From Clostridia bacterium (GTDB lineage Bacteria; Bacillota; Clostridia; Oscillospirales; CAG-272), in assembly GCA_017446155.1 (NCBI GenBank), contig JAFSRI010000053.1:78018-142017 (forward strand): a DNA stretch of 64,000 bases, given 5' to 3'. The notes under the pieces are model-generated. The model was not told the origin of the DNA. It was given only the letters and a program-made list of their open reading frames with translations, and made no database searches. Every line of letters starts with the position of its first letter. Position 1 is the first letter of the stretch. This document shows, one piece after another, positions 55,390 through 62,481 of the stretch. The position numbers and the translations under genes were made by a program.

Positions 55390-56070
55390 TTGAAAATTAA
55401 AACGATAGTTTTGCTCGTATTGACGGCGGCCGTTCTTATTCAACCGGCGTCGGCGTGCGACGTTGAACCTTACAGCCGCGACGACGTTGTGTTTTTCGGC
55501 GACTCGACCACGGCTCATATGAAGCTGCGCGGGGGAGTGGATGAAGCTCGTGTGTGGAGCGGACAAGCAAACACGGTGCTTTTTTCAAGCGTGAACGACA
55601 TCTGCCCCGTATATTTTGCCGACGAAAACCGTTCGCTTTCATTGGCGGACGCGGTAAGCGAAAAGCGACCGGCGATACTTGTTATAACGCTTGGCGTTTC
55701 CGGCGGCGCGGGTATGGTACCCGAACACAAATTTAAAAGCATTTATAAAGAAATGATAGACACGGTGCGCTCTTTCAGCCCCGATACCGTGTTGTTCGTC
55801 CAATCTATCCTCCCCTTGTCGGACAAGTCCCGAAAGCATTTTAAACTGCTTACAAAAGAGGCGGTGGAGGAAGCAAACGGCTGGATAAAGCAGGTGTGCG
55901 AAGATGAGGACGTGTGTTTTATCGACACATATCCTTTGCTTTGTGACGGCGACGGATATTTAAAGAAGATATATCAAAACGACGAATATATGCACCTTAC
56001 GCGACGGGCGTATGAGGTGATACTCGATAACGTGTATAAAACGGTGGAAGAAAATATAAACCGTAGATGA
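55390..56070 (+). CDS. secreted SGNH/GDSL hydrolase
   Basis: TTG start. Signal peptide. Block I FFGDSTT. Confidence 0.7.
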   Translation: MKIKTIVLLVLTAAVLIQPASACDVEPYSRDDVVFFGDSTTAHMKLRGGVDEARVWSGQANTVLFSSVNDICPVYFADENRSLSLADAVSEKRPAILVITLGVSGGAGMVPEHKFKSIYKEMIDTVRSFSPDTVLFVQSILPLSDKSRKHFKLLTKEAVEEANGWIKQVCEDEDVCFIDTYPLLCDGDGYLKKIYQNDEYMHLTRRAYEVILDNVYKTVEENINRR

Positions 56071-56084
56071 CGGGAGGATAAAAT

Positions 56085-57542
56085 ATGAACGACAATTTTC
56101 CGAAAAAAGTAAAAGCGGTGGGGATATTCCTCGGCATAGGCGGCTTTGCGGCCAGCATTGCCATGGCGATAGACGCATTCGGCAAGGGCGACATTTATGC
56201 GGCATGTGTTTGGCTTGTGTTCTGCATAATATCGCTGTTTATGATAGTTCCCGTGTTTGCAGTCGGAAATTTGTCGAGCGAGCTTGTTGAAGAAAAACGT
56301 AAGACAAAGACTCTTTCCGAAAAAATAGCCCGCATGGAAAAGGACGGCAAAAAAACTACTTCGGTCGATAAATATTCGCCCGCCGCAAGAATTCAAAACG
56401 CGGAAATGAGAGCCGCCGCCACCGAACACAACGGTATAAGCCTGAAAGACGCACCGACGACAGTGAACACCAACGGTGGATATACAAGAGAGTTTTCCTC
56501 GTCTAAGGAGGGGATGCTCGATATGGGCGGTGAGCAGGAACTCGGCTCGATGACAAGCGTTTTTGTGTGCACCGATAAACGTATTGATACAGAACATCTC
56601 GTAACAGAATCGTCTGAAATATCAAAACCCGATATTGAAACGGCATTTTACACCTCAACCGGTATTGAAACGTTTAAAGTCAGCCCTAAGGGCAATTCCG
56701 TTACGCGCTTCCTGCCGCAATCTTCGTTTACGATAGCGGCGGGCGGCTTACATACGGCGGCTGTCACCGAGAGCGGGCGTGTGCTCGCTGTCGGATATGG
56801 AACATACGGTCAGTGTGACGTTTCCGACTGGTCGTCTATAATCGCCGTCGCTGCCGGAAATCACCACACGGTAGGACTTAAATCAAACGGAACGTGCGTT
56901 GCTGTCGGATATTCGGGGTATGGTCAGTGCGATGTTTGGAACTGGAAAAACATTTGCGCCGTTTCGGCAGGCGTCGGTCACACTGTGGGACTTAAAGAAA
57001 ACGGCACCTGTGTTGCTACCGGCGACAATACTTACGGTCAGTGCAACGTTCAAGATTGGGCGGATATAATCGCAATTTCCGCGGGATATAACTATACGGT
57101 AGGTCTTAAAGCCGACGGAACGATCGTGGCTGTCGGCGCCAATACCGACGGACAGTGGGGCGCGATACGTTGGGGAAGTATCAGCTCTGTTGCGTCTGGC
57201 GGACTTCACACAGTAGGGCTTCGCGGCGACGGAACGTGCGTCGCCGTAGGTAACAACGCAAACGATCAGTGCGAGGTTTCACGTTGGCAGAACGTGCGTG
57301 CGATAGCGGCGGGCAACTATCATACGGTCGGCTTGCTTGCAAACGGAAAGGTGATCGCCACAGGTTATAACGGCTACGGTCAGTGCAATGTAAGCGGCTG
57401 GGAAAACGTAATTGCGATAGCCGCGGGACGAAACCACACGATAGCGCTCACGCGTTCCGGCGCGCTGCTTGCGACAGGTGACAATACATACGGTCAGTGC
57501 GACACGCGAAATTTCCGTGACATCAAAATTAACAAAAACTGA
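56085..57542 (+). CDS. membrane-anchored RCC1-like seven-bladed beta-propeller protein
   Basis: Two N-terminal TM helices and a charged linker. Seven 38-aa repeats with consensus AAGxxHTVGLKxxGTxVAxGxNxYGQCxVxxW. Confidence 0.75.
   Translation: MNDNFPKKVKAVGIFLGIGGFAASIAMAIDAFGKGDIYAACVWLVFCIISLFMIVPVFAVGNLSSELVEEKRKTKTLSEKIARMEKDGKKTTSVDKYSPAARIQNAEMRAAATEHNGISLKDAPTTVNTNGGYTREFSSSKEGMLDMGGEQELGSMTSVFVCTDKRIDTEHLVTESSEISKPDIETAFYTSTGIETFKVSPKGNSVTRFLPQSSFTIAAGGLHTAAVTESGRVLAVGYGTYGQCDVSDWSSIIAVAAGNHHTVGLKSNGTCVAVGYSGYGQCDVWNWKNICAVSAGVGHTVGLKENGTCVATGDNTYGQCNVQDWADIIAISAGYNYTVGLKADGTIVAVGANTDGQWGAIRWGSISSVASGGLHTVGLRGDGTCVAVGNNANDQCEVSRWQNVRAIAAGNYHTVGLLANGKVIATGYNGYGQCNVSGWENVIAIAAGRNHTIALTRSGALLATGDNTYGQCDTRNFRDIKINKN
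56808..57525 (+). repeat. in-frame 114-nt tandem units (propeller blades)
   Basis: The GGTCAGTG-type block recurs at 56808, 56922, 57036, 57150, 57264, 57378 and 57492, exactly 114 nt apart. Confidence 0.85.
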
Positions 57543-57561
57543 AAACATTAAAAAGCAGGCG

Positions 57562-57592
57562 GGAAGAGAAAAAATTCTCTTCCTGTTTTTTG
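57562..57592 (+). terminator. intrinsic terminator
   Basis: GGAAGAGA-AAAAAT-TCTCTTCC followed by TGTTTTTT. Confidence 0.8.
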
Positions 57593-57895
57593 TTTGAGGG
57601 TCGTGCACCATTTAACCGAATAACCGAGATATGCGGGCAAAATTTTTCGGAAATAATTTACAATCAACCGGAAAAACCGATTTAAAGCGGGATTTTTCGA
57701 CGGTAAAAAAGAAAAGGAAAGACGGGTTAAAGGCAAATTGCACAATAAATTTTGTTTAAAATAACAATAACAATTTTGACGAAAATATGATATAATTTTT
57801 GTGTAAGATTTTTGTCAACAAAATATGGCTTGCTTAAAAACCGAACGTTTGCGAGGATTTATTCAAGCCGCTTTTGTGTGTTTAGGGGGGAAAGA

Positions 57896-58408
57896 ATGAA
57901 ACTGTCCATCGGAACAAAGGTGATATACGGAACAAACGGAGTATGTATCATCGTCGACTACCGCGAAGAAGACTTCGGAGGGGGAAAGAAGATGTATTAT
58001 ATTCTCAGAAGAGCCGCCCAAAAAACGAGCGAAGATATTTTTGTTCCCGAGGACAACGACCTCTTGATGAACAAAATGAAAGTTATGCTTTCGGAAAAAG
58101 AAATTTATGACATTATAAATTGCATCCCCGGTGAGAAATCTCTTTGGATAGATGACAACCGCGTGCGCTCTGTCGAGTTTGACAAAATCTTGTCCAATGG
58201 CGACAGAAAACAGCTTATGCGACTGATAAAATCAATTTACGAAAAGAAACAGTCGCTTTCTCAACAAGGTAAGAAACTCGGCATCTCGGATGAGAGAACG
58301 ATGAGAACGGCTGAGCGTATTCTCTACGAAGAATTTGCGGAAGTGCTTAATATCGAACAGGAAGACGTTGTGCCGTTTATTACTGACAGACTTGCAACTG
58401 TAAACTGA
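57896..58408 (+). CDS. CarD/CdnL family RNA-polymerase-binding regulator
   Basis: N-terminal Tudor-like GTKVIYGTNGVCII...YYIL motif plus a helical C-terminal domain. The ATG at 57896 follows a GGGGGG RBS. Confidence 0.7.
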   Translation: MKLSIGTKVIYGTNGVCIIVDYREEDFGGGKKMYYILRRAAQKTSEDIFVPEDNDLLMNKMKVMLSEKEIYDIINCIPGEKSLWIDDNRVRSVEFDKILSNGDRKQLMRLIKSIYEKKQSLSQQGKKLGISDERTMRTAERILYEEFAEVLNIEQEDVVPFITDRLATVN

Positions 58409-58416
58409 ATAAAAAG

Positions 58417-58448
58417 ACAGCACCGAAAAGTGCTGTTTTTATTTTTGG
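58417..58448 (+). terminator. intrinsic terminator
   Basis: ACAGCAC-CGAAAA-GTGCTGT followed by TTTTTATTTTT. Confidence 0.8.
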
Positions 58449-58463
58449 TGAAAATGGTGTATA

Positions 58464-58574
58464 CGCTATTTTGCGGAGCAAAGTGGCGGGCGTCGCCGAG
58501 ACGGGCCCCGAGTTGAAAAAAACGAGGGGATGCGCTATTTTGCGAAGCAAAGTGGCGGGCGTCGCCGAGACGGG
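58464..58574. repeat. two 42-nt direct repeats (41/42 identical), 69-nt period
   Basis: CGCTATTTTGCG(G/A)AGCAAAGTGGCGGGCGTCGCCGAGACGGG at 58464-58505 and 58533-58574. Confidence 0.85.
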
Positions 58575-58678
58575 GTGGCCTCGATTCTCACGGCTCGACG
58601 CCGTTCGGTCGTCGCGGTCGAAACAGTCCGCCGGACTGTTTCTCAGCACCGCTCTCTTCGAGCCCGCTCGCGAAAATC

Positions 58679-58702
58679 AAAAAACATCCCACAAGGGGAT
58701 GT
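58679..58702 (-). terminator. intrinsic terminator after tRNA-Val
   Basis: Minus strand: ACATCCC-CTTGT-GGGATGT followed by TTTTTT. Confidence 0.75.
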
Positions 58703-58712
58703 CTTTTGCTTT

Positions 58713-58789
58713 TGGTGGAAACGAGGGGGCTCGAACCCATGACCTCACGGATGTGAACCGTGCGCTCTGACCAACTGAGCTACGCTTCC
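58713..58789 (-). tRNA. tRNA-Val (anticodon CAC), CCA encoded
   Basis: Minus strand: GGAAGCG-TA-GCTC-AGTTGGTCA-GAGC-G-CACGG-TTCACAT-CCGTG-AGGTC-ATGGG-TTCGAGC-CCCCT-CGTTTCC-A-CCA. One U-C mismatch in the T stem and one G-U pair in the acceptor stem. Confidence 0.85.
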
Positions 58790-58806
58790 TTGAACGTTGC
58801 AAGCGT

Positions 58807-58835
58807 ATTTTATCACAATTTTCCGTTTATTACAA
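58807..58835 (-). promoter_or_regulatory. sigma-70-type promoter of the tRNA gene
   Basis: Minus strand: TTGTAA(58835-58830), 17 nt, TAAAAT(58812-58807) with TGa extended -10. Confidence 0.55.
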
Positions 58836-58884
58836 GTGCAAAATGAAAAATATCTTAAAAAAATCGACATGAACCAAAAAATAA

Positions 58885-58920
58885 AAGAAAAATTCCCGCG
58901 TCGCGGGAATTTTGCGTTTT
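58885..58920. terminator. bidirectional intrinsic terminator
   Basis: AATTCCCGCG-T-CGCGGGAATT palindrome (58891-58911) between an A-run and a T-run. Confidence 0.75.
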
Positions 58921-58930
58921 GAGATTTTAA

Positions 58931-59155
58931 TTAAAAATTGAGTATGCGGCAGATCTTGTGTTTCACTATCATGCTGATAAGGTCGAGGAGCCATACGATA
59001 GTAAAGCCGAAGATCAATCTGATAAGTGCCGCAACTATTTTGCCTTCTTGGAATCTTACGACAGCGCCGCATATCCATGATGTAAATGGAATGATAGCAA
59101 GTATAATACTTACTATCCACGAGAGTCCGAAATAATCTTTGCTTGATTTTGCCAT
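58931..59155 (-). CDS. small hypothetical membrane protein
   Basis: 74 aa with two TM helices. AAGGAG RBS. Confidence 0.55.
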   Translation of the reverse strand: MAKSSKDYFGLSWIVSIILAIIPFTSWICGAVVRFQEGKIVAALIRLIFGFTIVWLLDLISMIVKHKICRILNF

Positions 59156-59353
59156 GATTATAATCTCCTTTTTATGTAGATTAGGATACTTTTATTATAA
59201 TGAAATCCGTTTAAAAAAGCAAGTGAATATAAATAAAAAATCGAACTCGACCGAAAAAAGTTTTTTGGCTCGGTAACAGCAATCTCTCCGCCGACTGTAT
59301 TTGCCGTTGGTGCGGCGGAAAAAGATAATAAATATAAATACTTTTCTTTAACA

Positions 59354-59382
59354 TTGACTTAACGCATATTTTTTGATATAAT
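59354..59382 (+). promoter_or_regulatory. sigma-70-type promoter of the two-component operon
   Basis: TTGACT, 17 nt, TATAAT with TGa extended -10. Confidence 0.65.
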
Positions 59383-59412
59383 AAAACAATAAATGACAAG
59401 GGAGGCGTATAT

Positions 59413-60696
59413 ATGGCGTTACAGAATATAAATATTGCGCTCGAACTGTGGGGCATACTTATATCTCTTTTAGCGCTTATAGGCGTAGGGTTCAATTCAA
59501 AGGTCGATAAGCTCCAATCGTGGCTGCTTTTAGGCATATGCTTTATAAGCATGATGACGATGACGGCGGGGCTTGTCATGATCATTTACAAAACCGGAGA
59601 AGGTCCTGAAACAGGAACCGTTCTTTTGCTCAGCTCATTTTTTGAGCTTATATGTACATATGGCTTCATTTTCTTGCTTTCCTTGTTTTTGTTTGCTTCC
59701 GCCGATAAAACGGGAGAAAACATCCGCTGGAAAAAGTTCGTTTATTTTGTTTACGGCGTTGTTATGCTTTCGGCGGTCCTAATGGCGATGAGCGAAACGT
59801 ACATGAAAATTTCATTGACAAATGAAATGTCACGCGGCAGTCTTTACTGGCTTACGCGAATTGTGGGAATAATGCTTATTATGATAGATTTTATCTATCT
59901 TATCGCCCTTGGGAAAAAGATGAAAAAGCAGGAACAGTTGATGTTTGTGTTTTATTATTCGATTATCGTTCTTGCTTTGATAATACAAATCTACATCGCC
60001 GAAATAAACGTTTTCTACCTTGCTGTCGTTTTTGATATTATGATAATGTTCATGGCTATGATAAAGGCTAATGTGGAAAATTATACCGAGCAGCGAAAAC
60101 TGCTTGCAGACATGAAGATGAACTTGATGCTGTCGCAGATGCGCCCTCATTTCTTATATAATACGCTGTCGTCGATTGCATATTTTTGTGATGAAGATCC
60201 GAAAACGGCAAAGAAGATGACGATAATGTTTGCCGATTACCTGAGAAAAAACATGGACGACCTTGAAAAATCCGAAGATGTGGCGTTTGAGGTGGAATTA
60301 AAACATGTTGAAACATATCTTTCGATAGAGCGGGCTCGTTTCGGCGATATGTTAAACATTGAATACGACATTAAAGCAAAAGATTTTAAATTGCCGACGC
60401 TTACCCTTCAACCGATAGTGGAAAATGCCGTCAAGCACGGCGTTTGTGCAAAAGAGGACGGCGGAACGGTGAATATTTCGACTTTTGAAACGGAAAGCGA
60501 ATATGTAATAACCGTGACAGACGACGGAGTAGGATTTGATACGGACGCATCGTTTGACGGTGGCAGACGGCATATAGGGCTGAGAAACGTGCGCGAGAGA
60601 CTTTCTTCTGTCAGCCGCGCGACGATGGACGTTGAGAGCCGCATAGGCGAGGGAACGAAAGTGACGATAAAAATACCGAAGGAGGAAAAAAGATGA
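59413..60696 (+). CDS. LytS/YehU-type sensor histidine kinase
   Basis: 6 TM helices. H-box MRPHFLYNTLSSI, N-box VENAVKHG, G1 TDDGVGFD. Confidence 0.85.
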   Translation: MALQNINIALELWGILISLLALIGVGFNSKVDKLQSWLLLGICFISMMTMTAGLVMIIYKTGEGPETGTVLLLSSFFELICTYGFIFLLSLFLFASADKTGENIRWKKFVYFVYGVVMLSAVLMAMSETYMKISLTNEMSRGSLYWLTRIVGIMLIMIDFIYLIALGKKMKKQEQLMFVFYYSIIVLALIIQIYIAEINVFYLAVVFDIMIMFMAMIKANVENYTEQRKLLADMKMNLMLSQMRPHFLYNTLSSIAYFCDEDPKTAKKMTIMFADYLRKNMDDLEKSEDVAFEVELKHVETYLSIERARFGDMLNIEYDIKAKDFKLPTLTLQPIVENAVKHGVCAKEDGGTVNISTFETESEYVITVTDDGVGFDTDASFDGGRRHIGLRNVRERLSSVSRATMDVESRIGEGTKVTIKIPKEEKR

Positions 60697-61508
60697 GAAT
60701 ACTTATAGTTGACGATGAGATACCGGCGAGAAAAATGCTGGCGGACGCCGTAAGGGAAGTATTTGAAAATGCGGAAATAGCGGAATTCGGCAAGGTTTCG
60801 CAAGTGATCGATTTTATCACGGCGAATAAGAGCGACATTGCATTTTTAGACATTAACATGCCCGCAATGAACGGAATCGAGCTTTCAAAACGGATAAAGG
60901 ACGCAAACCCCGCTACCAACATTATTTTCGTAACAGGTTACAGCGAATATAAAGGAATAGCGATGGACGTCCACGCGAGCGGATATATTATGAAGCCCGT
61001 GACGGCGGACAAAGTCCGCGAGGAGATAAAATATCTCAGAACTCCCGTCGAGAATGAGTCAAACGATGAAAAACGTCTGCTTCGGGTGCAGTGTTTCGGG
61101 AACTTTGAAGTGTTCACGCCGGACGGCAAAACGGTGCATTTTGCGCGCTCGAAGGCGAAAGAACTCTTGGCTTTTCTCGTCTACAAGCGCGGAACGGGAT
61201 GTTCGCTTAAAGACATATGCGGGGTGCTTTTTGAAAGCGGCGAATATGACACAAAATCTAAAAACTATGCTCAGCAGCTTCTTACTTCGCTTGTCAAAAC
61301 TTTGAGGGAAATCGGCGCGGAAAAGGTGCTGATAAAATAATTCAACAGCTTTTCGGTTGACGTTTCGACCCTCGATTGCGATTATTACCGCTTCAACGAC
61401 CTCGACGTGCGTGCGGTGAATTCTTATAAAGGCGAATTTATGTCGCAATATCGTTGGGCTGAATTTGCAATAGATTACCTTGAAAGAATTTACATGAACA
61501 ACGTTTGA
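60693..61508 (+). pseudogene. response regulator (REC + SARP/BTAD-like output) interrupted by an in-frame TAA at 61338-61340
   Basis: REC domain (VDDE, FLDINMP). The winged-helix-like LRVQCFGNFEV... segment stops at codon 216. The same frame then stays open for 55 more codons (FNSFSVDVSTLDCDYYRF...SYKGEFMSQYRWAEF) to the TGA at 61506-61508. Confidence 0.65.
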
Positions 61509-61577
61509 GGATGTGCGTCGCGACATAAAATATATTTAAATTATTGAATAATTACACAAATCAACGGGGGTAATTAT

Positions 61578-62381
61578 ATGAGAAAAGTGATGGCGGCGAC
61601 GCTTGCGGTATTGCTTCTTTTTTCCCTTTGCTCATGCGGGGAGTTGAGCGCTTATCGGCTTTATTCAAACGCGCAAAAAAATGCCGAGGAAAACCGAGAT
61701 AATTTTGAGACGAAAACGCTTGTAACGCTGAAATTAAAAGCCGACGAGAGCGGCAAAACGGCAGAGAAAACATACGGGCTTCATGTAAAAAAAGACGGAG
61801 ATAGCATATCGTCTACCGTGAAAACCGATATAGGAATGGGAATAACCGTTGAGAGCGAACTTGTGTATCTCGACGGATATGTATATGCGAAAATAATGGG
61901 TGTAAAGGCGAAGATGCCGATGGAAATTGAGAAATTCAAGTCGGATTACACCTATGAAAACGACGTGACGCCGTTGTTTTCCGAAGAAGATTTGAAAAGC
62001 GTTAAAGTAGAGAAAAACGAGGACGGACTAAGGACGCTGAAACTCACCGCAGGAACAGACAAAATAAATAAATCGATATATGACGGCGTAAAACAGATGA
62101 TGAACGCCGCGGTGATCGGTTATGTCGCGACGCTTTCGGAAGAGAGCACCGAGATCGATTTTTCTGATATAAACGTTATAATAACTTTTGACAACGGAGG
62201 ATGTTTTAAAAACGTTGACATGACGTTTTCCGTCAATGCAGTCGTGCTTTCAAAGACGTTTTCGGCGGACGTAAAAGCTGAGGTTGAATATCTCGATTTC
62301 GGCTCGACGTCGGTTGACGTTCCGGATGATCTCGACGAATATAAAGAGCATCGCCTTCTGCCTGAAAATATATTTAAATAA
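61578..62381 (+). CDS. hypothetical lipoprotein (LolA-like fold suspected)
   Basis: Lipobox LFSLCSC. GGGGGT RBS. Last gene before the terminator. Confidence 0.6.
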   Translation: MRKVMAATLAVLLLFSLCSCGELSAYRLYSNAQKNAEENRDNFETKTLVTLKLKADESGKTAEKTYGLHVKKDGDSISSTVKTDIGMGITVESELVYLDGYVYAKIMGVKAKMPMEIEKFKSDYTYENDVTPLFSEEDLKSVKVEKNEDGLRTLKLTAGTDKINKSIYDGVKQMMNAAVIGYVATLSEESTEIDFSDINVIITFDNGGCFKNVDMTFSVNAVVLSKTFSADVKAEVEYLDFGSTSVDVPDDLDEYKEHRLLPENIFK

Positions 62382-62388
62382 AATATTT

Positions 62389-62417
62389 GCCGCCGATTTT
62401 TCCGGCGGCTTATTTTT
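62389..62417 (+). terminator. intrinsic terminator
   Basis: GCCGCCG-ATTTTTC-CGGCGGC followed by TTATTTTT. Confidence 0.75.
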
Positions 62418-62420
62418 CTA

Positions 62421-62449
62421 TTGCCAAACGAGATTTTTTGTGATAATAT
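62421..62449 (+). promoter_or_regulatory. sigma-70-type promoter
   Basis: TTGCCA, 17 nt, TAATAT with TGa extended -10. Confidence 0.5.
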
Positions 62450-62481
62450 AAATAAAACTATTTGTTTTTTGGAGAAAAAAT

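Noticed and set aside
58464-58574. CRISPR mini-array.
   Set aside because: There are only two repeat copies. The repeat is 42 nt with a 27-nt spacer and no cas genes are nearby. This does not fit CRISPR architecture.
58549-58650. tRNA-like reading of GGCGGGC-GT-CGCCGAGACGG... (a class II tRNA-like GCCGAG D-loop) with a complementary GTCCGCC 3-prime end.
   Set aside because: No anticodon stem or T arm can be formed. The putative 3-prime acceptor strand is instead part of a perfect 10-bp local hairpin. It is not a tRNA or an obvious tRNA pseudogene.
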